Source: Aureispira anguillae
GTDB taxonomy: Bacteria; Bacteroidota; Bacteroidia; Chitinophagales; Saprospiraceae
Length of the DNA: 64,000 nucleotides
NCBI RefSeq assembly: GCF_026000115.1
Contig: NZ_AP026867.1
Location: forward strand, 2,905,716 to 2,969,715
Direction of reading: 5' to 3'
Shown: positions 40,282 through 49,799 of the stretch, in pieces
Layout of the letters: every line of letters begins with the position of its first letter
Position numbering within the stretch: the stretch's first letter is position 1
Made by a program: the position numbers and the translations under genes
The notes under the pieces: generated by a model
What the model was told of the DNA's origin: nothing
The model's input: the letters and a program-made list of their open reading frames with translations, nothing else
Database searches by the model: none

Positions 40282-41052
40282 TTACAATGCTTCAGAGTTT
40301 TCTATCATTGTTATAAATTGGGTTGCAAAATTGTAAACATCTCCTGGCCACCTTGCCGACAAGTAATTTCGATCTTTTACAACAAAACCACATTTTAGAT
40401 TTTGTGCTGTATCTCTCTGAATAGGGCGAGGTCCTTTCAAAAAATGCTCTTTTGTTGCCAAGACCCTTAGCACTTCATCTTCTGTTGTTGTTTCGGGATA
40501 CGTTAAATAATAATCCCCCATCCAAAGTCTGGTTAAATTAAATGCCAATAACTCTTGTAGTTTTAACAAAGCTGTTGTCTTATAATTAAAAAGAACAGAT
40601 TTTTGGGTTGCTGGATCGATGCTTCTAGCAATTAAAATAACCCCATGACAAATGCCTGCAACGGGCTTCTCTGCTCTAAAAAAATCAACAATAAGCTGTT
40701 GTAATAGCTTTGATTCTAGATATTCTTTTACCTTCTTGTCGTGTCCTCCTGGCAACAGAATGGCATCAAAATCCGCTGCATTCAGCTCACTATATTTTAA
40801 TGGATGGCAAAAGGAATTCTGTTTTTCCATTTCAGTATATGCTTCTCTAGCATCTTTTCTAGCCCATAACAACGATTTAAAAATGCCCAAATGCTTACCT
40901 GTTAACATAATTTGATCTGCTGTCCCCTTCTCTCCTGTAGGCGTACTAAAAACAAGGTCGTAATTTTTTTTGTGCATCAATTTCCAAGGAATCGCAATTT
41001 CGGTAGGATCAACCCCATAAGTTGGCAAAGGAATCAAGACTCTTTTTCTCAT
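40282..41052 (-). CDS. DJ-1/PfpI (type 1 glutamine amidotransferase-like) family protein
   Basis: AGICHGV nucleophile-elbow Cys context and an overall ThiJ/PfpI layout. Confidence 0.72.
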   Translation of the reverse strand: MRKRVLIPLPTYGVDPTEIAIPWKLMHKKNYDLVFSTPTGEKGTADQIMLTGKHLGIFKSLLWARKDAREAYTEMEKQNSFCHPLKYSELNAADFDAILLPGGHDKKVKEYLESKLLQQLIVDFFRAEKPVAGICHGVILIARSIDPATQKSVLFNYKTTALLKLQELLAFNLTRLWMGDYYLTYPETTTEDEVLRVLATKEHFLKGPRPIQRDTAQNLKCGFVVKDRNYLSARWPGDVYNFATQFITMIENSEAL

Positions 41053-41113
41053 GTTTTTAGTTTTTATTGGGACATTAGGGGAAATTTATTTCGAAAAGTA
41101 GTGCTTCCCCCTC

Positions 41114-41662
41114 CTATTCTACCAGTGTATCATAAATAACAGCATCGACAGGAGTATCATGAGGCTCAACAGGTATTGTTTTTAGCAGTTGAAAAGGGTA
41201 AGCCACTGCTGCCTTATAAGCAGTAATTTGCTGCGCTAAGAAGTTATCGTAATATCCACCACCATATCCCAAACGATTCTTATTTTCGTCGAAAGCCAAA
41301 CCAGGAACAATAATTAGATCAAATTTGCCTTCATAGGTCTTAGCTGCTATAGGATGTTTTGTCCCCCAAAGACCAGATTCTATGGCATCCAAATTGGTTA
41401 GTTCCAGATGTTCTAGCTTTCTATTTTTTAGTGTTTTGGGCGTATATACCCTTATCTTGGTCTCTAACAATCGTTGGAGCAAAGGATAAATATTAACCTC
41501 TTCACCCATGGGTAAATAAGCATGTACTGTAGCACATTTTTTAGCCATAATGAGTTGCTCCAAGCTCAAACAAATTTTTTGATCGTAGCGCTCTTTGTCC
41601 TTACTATTTAATAGGGCTCGCTGCTTCAATAATTGTTTTCTTAAGTCTTTTTTTTCTTTCAT
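41114..41662 (-). CDS. 5-formyltetrahydrofolate cyclo-ligase
   Basis: LRKQLLKQR at the N-terminus and the hallmark GYGGGYYD motif. Confidence 0.8.
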   Translation of the reverse strand: MKEKKDLRKQLLKQRALLNSKDKERYDQKICLSLEQLIMAKKCATVHAYLPMGEEVNIYPLLQRLLETKIRVYTPKTLKNRKLEHLELTNLDAIESGLWGTKHPIAAKTYEGKFDLIIVPGLAFDENKNRLGYGGGYYDNFLAQQITAYKAAVAYPFQLLKTIPVEPHDTPVDAVIYDTLVE

Positions 41663-41850
41663 TTTGGCTCTTTGACAAGTTGTGTACTACAAATATAGGC
41701 TAAGGCTAAATTATTCTATTTGGGAATATTAGCACCTAGGGTACCTTGTTCTTAGATTCCTAAAATCTAATACCCAAACGGCATAATTAAGACCGCTAAT
41801 TAAAATTTCCACATGCTTTACTGCGTGAGCCTAAGGGGTATTAAAGAATG

Positions 41851-43272
41851 TCATTTTTTAATAGGACTCAAGCCCAACTCTTTTGCCTTTTCAAGCATAA
41901 AATTAAAGGCTTCCTGATAGTCGTTCTTAATCTCACCATCTAGGATAGCTTCTCGAATGCTATTTTTGATTTGCCCAACCTCACGACAAGGTTGTAGCCC
42001 AAACGTTTCCATAATAATTTCTCCAGAAATAGGCGGCTGCCAGTTGCGCAAACGATCTTTTTCTTCTAAGGCTGCAATTTGAGCCGTTAGTACTTTTAGA
42101 TTTTTGGCATATTTATCCAACTTCCATTGAAACTTAGACGTAGAATCTGCTCCACAAAACAACAACAAATCATCAATATCGTCCCCAGCCTCAAACATCA
42201 AACGACGCAAGGCAGAATCGGTAATCTCCTCTTTGGTCAAAACAACAGGGCGTTGGTGCAAGCCTACTAGTTTTTGGACGTATTTCATCTCATTGCCCAT
42301 TGGCAATTTCATTCTTCTAAAAAACTTGGGTACAAAACGAGCCCCCAAAGCTTCATGACCATGAAACGTCCATCCCTGTCCATTGATAAACCGCTTGGTT
42401 AATGGCTTTGCAATATCGTGCAGTACAGCCACCCAGCGCAGCCAAATATTATCACTCACCTTAGCCACATTGTCCAAAACCTGCAAGGTGTGGTAAAAAT
42501 TATCTTTATGCCCTTGACCATTTTTATATTCCACGCCATACATAGCATCCAAGGCAGGAAAAATCAACTTCAACAAACCTGTATCAAACAACAACTTATA
42601 GCCAATAGATGGTTTTGAAGCAGCCATTATCTTTTGCAATTCGGTCGTAATACGCTCTTGTGAGATAATCCGAATTCTCTCCTTTTGATCAGAGATTGCT
42701 TGTATGGTGCTTTTGTCAATTGAAAAATTAAGTTGAGTTGCAAAACGAATGGCTCGCATCATCCGAAGGGGATCATCCGAAAACGTAATATTGGGGTCCA
42801 ATGGCGTTTTGATTAGTTTTTCGTCCAGATGAACAAGCCCACCAAAGGGGTCTACCAAACTACCATAGTTCTCCGCATTCAAACTAATTGCCATGGCATT
42901 AATGGTAAAATCACGCCTATTTTGATCGTCTTCTAGCGTTCCATCTTCTACGGTTGGTTTGCGAGAATCTTTGCGATAAGATTCCTTTCTAGCACCAACA
43001 AACTCCAGTTCCAGATCTTTAAAATTCAACATAGCTGTCCCAAAACGCTTGTAAACGACAACTTTGGGTTTGGGCTTTAATTTGGAAGCTAAACGCTTTG
43101 CCAATTCAATACCACTCCCCACACAAACAATATCCATATCTTTAGACAAACGATTCAGTAATCGATCTCTGACATAGCCGCCAATTACATAAGCAGGATA
43201 GCCCAACTCTTGGGCGGACTCACTCAATAATTTAAATATCTCTTGCTCTTTTTCTTTTATCTCGATTTGCAT
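41851..43272 (-). CDS. CCA tRNA nucleotidyltransferase (PolyA_pol head + HD domain)
   Basis: GGYVRDRLL...DMD nucleotidyltransferase motif and an HD motif (VLHDIAKP). Confidence 0.8.
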   Translation of the reverse strand: MQIEIKEKEQEIFKLLSESAQELGYPAYVIGGYVRDRLLNRLSKDMDIVCVGSGIELAKRLASKLKPKPKVVVYKRFGTAMLNFKDLELEFVGARKESYRKDSRKPTVEDGTLEDDQNRRDFTINAMAISLNAENYGSLVDPFGGLVHLDEKLIKTPLDPNITFSDDPLRMMRAIRFATQLNFSIDKSTIQAISDQKERIRIISQERITTELQKIMAASKPSIGYKLLFDTGLLKLIFPALDAMYGVEYKNGQGHKDNFYHTLQVLDNVAKVSDNIWLRWVAVLHDIAKPLTKRFINGQGWTFHGHEALGARFVPKFFRRMKLPMGNEMKYVQKLVGLHQRPVVLTKEEITDSALRRLMFEAGDDIDDLLLFCGADSTSKFQWKLDKYAKNLKVLTAQIAALEEKDRLRNWQPPISGEIIMETFGLQPCREVGQIKNSIREAILDGEIKNDYQEAFNFMLEKAKELGLSPIKK

Positions 43273-43454
43273 ATTAATAAGCTATAGCGTTTATCTAAAG
43301 TAGCCATTTGGTCTATTTTAAAATGGTACTTATTCCCTTTCGTTGGTTTAAATTTTGCGCAAAGTTATAAGAATTGTTCTTCGCCTCCTCATTCCTTTGA
43401 CTAAATTTTATGAAAAAAACACATTTTTATTATTCAAAAGGAGTAATGATTGGG

Positions 43455-44024
43455 TTACTTTCTAATAAAAATTAAATCCTTCCCATCTACTACCTTAACA
43501 ATAACGGAAGGCAAGGCATCCGATTGTTCGTATTGCTTGTGTTGTGCTATTCCGTCCACTCCCTTTTTGATGGTAGCATCTACCTCTGAAAAACTCTGAG
43601 GATAAGGCTGCCCACTAATATTAGCAGAAGTAGAAACAATTGGTTTGCCAAAAGCATGAATCAAAGCCTTGCAAAAGGGATCTAAAGTCACACGAATGGC
43701 AATGGAGCCATCTTCTGCCAACAAAGACGATGGCAAATTTTTCGGTTTATTATAAATAATGGTCAATGGACGAGTATGAAAAGCGATTAAGTTATTCGCT
43801 TTAGGAGGGATATAATCTACATAGTCAGCCAATAATTCAAGGCTATCAACTAAGAGAATATAATTTTTTCCTGCTGCTCTTTTTTTCAGTGCATCGACCT
43901 TTTGTATAGCAGCTTCATTGGTAGCATCACAACCAATTCCCCAAATGGTTTCTGTCGGATACAAAATGAGATTCCCAGCTTCTAATTCTTTAACTAAAGT
44001 TGATATGTCCTTGGTAAAATTCAT
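43455..44024 (-). CDS. tsaC: L-threonylcarbamoyladenylate synthase (YrdC/TsaC family)
   Basis: LILYPTETIWGIGCDA... YrdC signature, 189 aa. Confidence 0.8.
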   Translation of the reverse strand: MNFTKDISTLVKELEAGNLILYPTETIWGIGCDATNEAAIQKVDALKKRAAGKNYILLVDSLELLADYVDYIPPKANNLIAFHTRPLTIIYNKPKNLPSSLLAEDGSIAIRVTLDPFCKALIHAFGKPIVSTSANISGQPYPQSFSEVDATIKKGVDGIAQHKQYEQSDALPSVIVKVVDGKDLIFIRK

Positions 44025-44350
44025 CGCTTATATGATAATACTTAAGTTTTTTTATTTTTGTTTTTTGACAACCTATTGGCTCATGTAGTAAACGGTTTGA
44101 AGTAGAAAAAAGTAGTTGAAAGTGTACCCTACCCTTTATTAGCATTTACCACATGGCTTGTTAAAGAAGGCTATTTTCCTCAAACATTACTCCAAAAAAC
44201 AGCTTCTTATTCGCTTAGTAATTGATGCTGCAAAATACTGATTAAAGTAGTTAACTACAACTTTAAGCAAGAACTAATTTATTTTCTATATATTTAAGGC
44301 ATTAATAGCATCCATTAAGATGCGTTTTTATATTTTTTATCAATAACAAC

Positions 44351-46408
44351 ATGGCTTCTTCCAAAAAAAACAAGAAAAATAAAAAATCGGCTCGCCCTAT
44401 TGAACAAGCTGCCCCTTCTCCTAGTCAAGAAACCAAACAACAGAAAAATACCAAAAGCGATTTGAACAAGCTATTACCTGCTGCTATTTTTCTGCTATTG
44501 ATAACAATATTTGTCTATAAAGGAGCCTTAGATAATGACTTTGTCGATTGGGATGATTTTACTTATGTCATTGAGAACAATTTAGTTCGTTCGGACAGCG
44601 ATATTATGGCCTTTACCAATCTACAAGGAAAACCACAAAGTGTTGGCACTACTGTTGCCCCCTATAATACAGATTTAGGAGATGTTTTTCATCGAGCTGT
44701 TTCGCTGAATTATCATCCTCTAACCATACTCACAATGCGTTGGAATAACAATGCCTGCCCAAGCTGTTCGCAAGGAATTTCAGCACGACCATTTATTTTG
44801 TGGAACATCATTCTGCATCTTCTAAATACTCTCTTAGTCTTGTTGTTAATTTATCGGTTGAGCAGCAAAAATCTACTAGCAAGTATTTTTGTCGCCACTA
44901 TTTTTGCCTTACACCCTATGCATGTAGAGTCTGTGGCTTGGGTATCGGAGCGAAAAGACGTTTTATATACCTTTTTCTTTTTGTTGGGCTTGCTTAGTTA
45001 TTGGAACTATCTAAAAACAAGACTTCCTATATGGTTAGTGCATACCTTTGTCCTCTTTATTCTGTCTTGTTTGTCCAAAGCCATGGCTGTAGTCTTTCCA
45101 TTGGTAATGCTTTTGTTGTACTTTTGGGATCAACAAAAAAAGAACGGAGTTGAGGCCTTTACACAGACACTTAAACCCGCTTCTTGGATACATAGCATTC
45201 CATTTTTTGTGGCTTCCCTATTTTTTGGTTTGATGGCGGCTAGTGTTCAAAGTGGTGGTGATTTTGGTGGTTTGCTAGAAAAAGGAACCAGCGCAGTGGC
45301 CATCAATTCTTTTGATACCTTTAGTCTATTGCAACGCTTTCAATTTGCTTGCTATGGATTCATACAATATATCATCAAATTTTTCTTACCAACAGATCTA
45401 TGTACGTTCTATCCTTACCCCGATCAACAAAGTTACGACGATAGTTTGTTTTTTAAAGTCGCTCCATTTATTGTCTTTTTGTTTTTAGCAGGTGCCGTAT
45501 GGAGTCTCAAATTTACCAAAAGTATTTTTCTAGGGCTCGGCTTCTATTTCATAACGATTGTTTTGGTCTTGCAATTTGTTTCTGTTGGGGCGGTTATTAT
45601 GGCAGATCGTTATACCTATCTTCCCTATATTGGAATTGCCTTGATGTTAGCTTTATTGGTCGATGAATTTGTCCCCAAAAATGGGCAAAATGCGACTTAT
45701 ATAGGACTAATTGCTTTTGCTCTGTTGCTCTGCACCCAAACTATTCCTCAGATAGAAACTTGGCAGGATAGTGAAACGCTTTGGACAAGGGTGATTGATT
45801 TGCACAAAGTAGGCGACAATGTTCTACAACAAAATATGGAGCAACCACTCAGTATTCGAGGCAATTATTATGGCAAACGCTCCGAAAAAGCAAAAACACC
45901 TCAAGAACAACAAACCTATATCAACAAAGCGTTTGATGATTTTGTCCTTGCTGCCAAATTGGGCTCTAGACGCCCTGATGTTTACGAAGGAATGGGCAAT
46001 ACTTATGGAATGCGGGGCAATACCAAACAAGAACAGGCTAAGGCTTTAAAAAAACAAAATAAGCATCAAGAAGCAGAACAATTGATGCGTTTAGCCCTAA
46101 AAGATTTTGACGATGCCATTAACAATTACACCAAAGCTTTAGAAATAAAACCAACCAAAGGAAGTACTTACTTTAATCGTGGGGTGACGTATAGCTTGCT
46201 CAGAAAACATAACAATGCCATTGATGATTATACCAAAGTATTGCAATATGCTCCCGAACAGGCTATGATGGCGCACTTAAATAGAGGGATTTCTTATGTT
46301 GAAATTCAACGTCGCCAAGAGGCAATTGCAGACTTTCAACAAGTCTTAAAATACAATCCCAATGAAGCACTGGCCAAACGCTATTTAAAAATGTTATTGG
46401 GGAAGTAG
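44351..46408 (+). CDS. polytopic membrane protein with C-terminal TPR repeats (PMT_2/DUF1736-like glycosyltransferase-fold)
   Basis: About ten TM segments in the N-terminal 430 aa, then TPR-like repeats (AINNYTKALEIKP..., AIDDYTKVLQYAP...). Confidence 0.62.
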   Translation: MASSKKNKKNKKSARPIEQAAPSPSQETKQQKNTKSDLNKLLPAAIFLLLITIFVYKGALDNDFVDWDDFTYVIENNLVRSDSDIMAFTNLQGKPQSVGTTVAPYNTDLGDVFHRAVSLNYHPLTILTMRWNNNACPSCSQGISARPFILWNIILHLLNTLLVLLLIYRLSSKNLLASIFVATIFALHPMHVESVAWVSERKDVLYTFFFLLGLLSYWNYLKTRLPIWLVHTFVLFILSCLSKAMAVVFPLVMLLLYFWDQQKKNGVEAFTQTLKPASWIHSIPFFVASLFFGLMAASVQSGGDFGGLLEKGTSAVAINSFDTFSLLQRFQFACYGFIQYIIKFFLPTDLCTFYPYPDQQSYDDSLFFKVAPFIVFLFLAGAVWSLKFTKSIFLGLGFYFITIVLVLQFVSVGAVIMADRYTYLPYIGIALMLALLVDEFVPKNGQNATYIGLIAFALLLCTQTIPQIETWQDSETLWTRVIDLHKVGDNVLQQNMEQPLSIRGNYYGKRSEKAKTPQEQQTYINKAFDDFVLAAKLGSRRPDVYEGMGNTYGMRGNTKQEQAKALKKQNKHQEAEQLMRLALKDFDDAINNYTKALEIKPTKGSTYFNRGVTYSLLRKHNNAIDDYTKVLQYAPEQAMMAHLNRGISYVEIQRRQEAIADFQQVLKYNPNEALAKRYLKMLLGK

Positions 46409-46599
46409 GGGACTAAAATTGCCAAACACCCCACAGACCATCAAACCCCTTAATCAAATTCTTTTTCAGAAAAAATAGAATAGTCATTGAATAAAAGAAT
46501 ATTTTTCCTATCTTTTTCTTTTGTTTTTGCAAAAAATTACTTTTCCAAAAACAAAACCCAATCCCATATTAATAATCCTAATAAAAAATAGAAAAATAT

Positions 46600-48291
46600 A
46601 TGACTACAATGGACCGTGTTTGGCTCGATAGCTACCCCAAAGAAATACCTCATGATGTAAATATTGACCAGTATTCTTCCCTAATTAACTTTATTACAGA
46701 TAATCTTAAGAAGTACAAAGATAAACCTGCTTATACCTGTTTAATTGGAAGCAATCAAAAAACACTGACCTATGGCGATGTAGATCGCATGTCAAAAGCA
46801 ATGGCTGGTTATTTACAATCGCTGGGATTAAAAAAAGGAGATCGTGTAGCCATCATGTTGCCCAATATAGTACAATACCCTGTTGCCTTATTTGGTGTAA
46901 TGAGAGCAGGATTAATTGCTGTCAATACCAATCCCCTTTATACTTGCCGAGAAATCAAGCATCAGTTCAACGATTCGGGGGTTAAGGCTGTTATTATTGC
47001 CGAAAACTTTGCACACGAACTGGAAAAAGTAGTCAAAGAAACAGGGGTTGAGCATATTGTTACCGCATCCATTGGCGGTATGTTTGGTGGGTTAAAAGGT
47101 TTTATTATCAATACCGTACTCAAATTTAAGGGAATGGTCAAAAAATTTAACCTCCCTGGAGCGGTTAAGTTTCCTGCTGCACTCAAAGCAGGAACAGGAA
47201 AACCCGTTACTCCGCATCAATCTGAAAAAGAGGACATGGTTTGTATTCAATACACAGGAGGAACAACTGGTGTGGCCAAAGGTGCCGTATTGACCAACAA
47301 AAACTTATTGTCCAACATGGAACAAATGAGTGCTTGGATGGCAAATGCTAATATAAAAGTTGGTCAGGAGGTTATGTTAACCCCATTGCCCATGTACCAT
47401 ATTTTTTCGTTTACAGTCAATTGCTTGTGTATGTCCAATTTTGGAGCCTTAAATGTATTGGTTCCCAATCCTAGAGACATTCCTGGTTTGGTAGATGTCA
47501 TTAGCAAAACCAAACCAAGTTTGATGACGGGGGTCAATACCTTATACAATGCCTTATTAAACAATGCCGATTTTAGAGCCTTAGATTTCTCTCAACTTAA
47601 ATTTGCCATTGGTGGTGCCATGGCCATACAAGGTCCTGTTGCCAAACGTTGGAAGGAAGTAACCGCTAATGAATTGGTAGAAGGTTATGGTATGACAGAA
47701 ACCTCACCTGTTGTTAGTGCCAATCCTTTTGGGAGTGTGCAAATTGGTACAATTGGGCTTCCCTTCCCTTCTACTTATATGCGTATCATGGATGAAGATG
47801 GCAAGGTGCAAGGTCCAGGAGAAGGACGAGGCGAGATTCAAATCAAAGGTCCTCAAGTCATGAAAGGCTATTATAATCGCCCAGAGGCAACAGCCAACAG
47901 TTTTACAGAAGATGGCTGGCTAAAAACAGGAGATGTTGGGGTGATGTTAGAAGGTGGCTTTTTTAAGATTGTCGATCGGATAAAAGATATGATTTTGGTT
48001 TCAGGATTTAATGTTTATCCCAATGAAATTGAAGATGTTTTGGCTTCTCATCCCAAGGTTTTAGAAGTTGCTGCCATTGGTGTCCCTGATCCAAAATCAA
48101 CAGAAGCAGTAAAAGTCTTTATTGTAAAAAAAGATGCTTCTTTGACCGAACAAGAAGTTCGAGAGTTCTGTGTTGAAAACTTCACTGGATACAAAAAACC
48201 TAAACATGTTGAGTTTAGGGATGAATTGCCTAAAACCAATGTAGGTAAGATATTGCGTCGTGCCTTGCGAGATGAAATCAAAAAAGCTTAA
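46600..48291 (+). CDS. fadD: long-chain-fatty-acid--CoA ligase
   Basis: AMP-binding signature YTGGTTGVAKG, 563 aa, and a FadD-like N-terminus. Confidence 0.85.
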   Translation: MTTMDRVWLDSYPKEIPHDVNIDQYSSLINFITDNLKKYKDKPAYTCLIGSNQKTLTYGDVDRMSKAMAGYLQSLGLKKGDRVAIMLPNIVQYPVALFGVMRAGLIAVNTNPLYTCREIKHQFNDSGVKAVIIAENFAHELEKVVKETGVEHIVTASIGGMFGGLKGFIINTVLKFKGMVKKFNLPGAVKFPAALKAGTGKPVTPHQSEKEDMVCIQYTGGTTGVAKGAVLTNKNLLSNMEQMSAWMANANIKVGQEVMLTPLPMYHIFSFTVNCLCMSNFGALNVLVPNPRDIPGLVDVISKTKPSLMTGVNTLYNALLNNADFRALDFSQLKFAIGGAMAIQGPVAKRWKEVTANELVEGYGMTETSPVVSANPFGSVQIGTIGLPFPSTYMRIMDEDGKVQGPGEGRGEIQIKGPQVMKGYYNRPEATANSFTEDGWLKTGDVGVMLEGGFFKIVDRIKDMILVSGFNVYPNEIEDVLASHPKVLEVAAIGVPDPKSTEAVKVFIVKKDASLTEQEVREFCVENFTGYKKPKHVEFRDELPKTNVGKILRRALRDEIKKA

Positions 48292-48296
48292 GTTGT

Positions 48297-48352
48297 AAGT
48301 CGTAAGTTGTACACTATTCATTTTCAGCCATAAGGCGTACAACTTACGACTT
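48297..48352. terminator. bidirectional terminator between convergent fadD and lipoprotein gene
   Basis: aagtcgtaagttgtac / gtacaacttacgactt form a perfect 16-bp stem with a 24-nt loop. Confidence 0.65.
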
Positions 48353-48399
48353 CTATTATTTTACAATCGTCATACTTCATTTTTCACAATCAGATGGAC

Positions 48400-49137
48400 T
48401 CATTTTTTGCGCTTTAGTTCGTACAACAAAGGTCCTAATTCAGCCTGTTCAGAACAGTATAAATCATTTGTAGGGCATTTTAATTGATAAATGTACAATG
48501 TATTATCATTAAATTGAAAGCCATATTTTTGGTAATTTTCTCTTTGGTTTAACCACAACTGATCTAGTTTTTGATTGGTATTATAATGATTAATTACGGG
48601 ATTGTAGTTTTTTATCCCAAGCTCCTCCATTCCTCTAATTTTTCCATTAGCGCTAAACTCCACTCGTTTCCCATCCCAATAATAAACTCCCACAAATAAG
48701 ATTTCTTGCACCAACTGAACTTCTTTAGTCGTAGAGGAAGATGGAACAAAATAGCGCACGAAAATATCCTTCCCTAATTGCATTTTTTTTCTAGACAACA
48801 ACCTAGTTTGTAATTGTAATTCTGTATCAAAAACATGGCTAAAAAATAAACTTACGCTGTCTCTTCCAAGCATCCAATAGTCCCCTTCCCGAAAAGACAA
48901 AATTACCTGAGTAGGATTATTCATTAAGGTATCTTTTCGAATGGTAAGGGTATGAATTTTTACAGCTTGGTACGCCCGTTGGGGAGATTTTGTAATTTTT
49001 AAACTGTCTAAATAAGTTTTGTTGACCCAATTGCCCTCCATTTTTTGAGCCGTTTTGAGTAATAATATCTGCCTATTGCAAGCCATAGCCATACAACAAT
49101 AGCCCATTACAACAACAGCATATATTATTTTTTTCAT
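48400..49137 (-). CDS. hypothetical lipoprotein
   Basis: A signal peptide with Cys (MAMAC). It is convergent with fadD and shares a hairpin with it. Confidence 0.5.
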   Translation of the reverse strand: MKKIIYAVVVMGYCCMAMACNRQILLLKTAQKMEGNWVNKTYLDSLKITKSPQRAYQAVKIHTLTIRKDTLMNNPTQVILSFREGDYWMLGRDSVSLFFSHVFDTELQLQTRLLSRKKMQLGKDIFVRYFVPSSSTTKEVQLVQEILFVGVYYWDGKRVEFSANGKIRGMEELGIKNYNPVINHYNTNQKLDQLWLNQRENYQKYGFQFNDNTLYIYQLKCPTNDLYCSEQAELGPLLYELKRKK

Positions 49138-49799
49138 AGTTTATGTTAATACTCTGTGGATTACTAAGCTGCTTGTTTATGAGGATGTTTTAAATAATGT
49201 TCATCTATCAAACGCATTAATTCTAAATTTAAGGCTCTTTCCGTTTTTACTTCACAACTAGATCAATTGATATTTAACGCCTTTTCTGCTTTACCTCCCT
49301 TATTCGCTGTAAAATATTCTTGATTCCTTCCAAAAATTGACGTTTTCAGCTACTAATTTGAGTTGGAGCTAAGTCATATTTCTTTACCAAGTCTGATAAA
49401 CTAAACGCTTCTTCCAAGGCTTCTAATACTACCTTGGTTTTGAACCTGAAGGCTCAGCGAAGCTAACTTTGTGGTAAACTTTCTTTTTTCACAGCTCTAA
49501 TTTAAGCTTTTTTATTCACTTAAATAGTCGTCCTGTTTTTTTTGGGGTACATGGCAAATGTTAGGGTATGCCTATTTTAAATTGCATGATGTTTATTCCA
49601 ATAATGATTATCAAAGAATTTCTTTTTGAGTTTAAAAGAGTACATTTGTGAGTTTTTTTTATTTAACTTCGTATTAAAACTGTCCCCTATCCAAACTGCA
49701 TTTAGGGAACTATAAAGATTAAAACCATTTATATTTTTGCCTTACAGCTAAACATCAGAACGATTCCCTTCTAGAATCCTCTTTCAACTCCATTTAACC

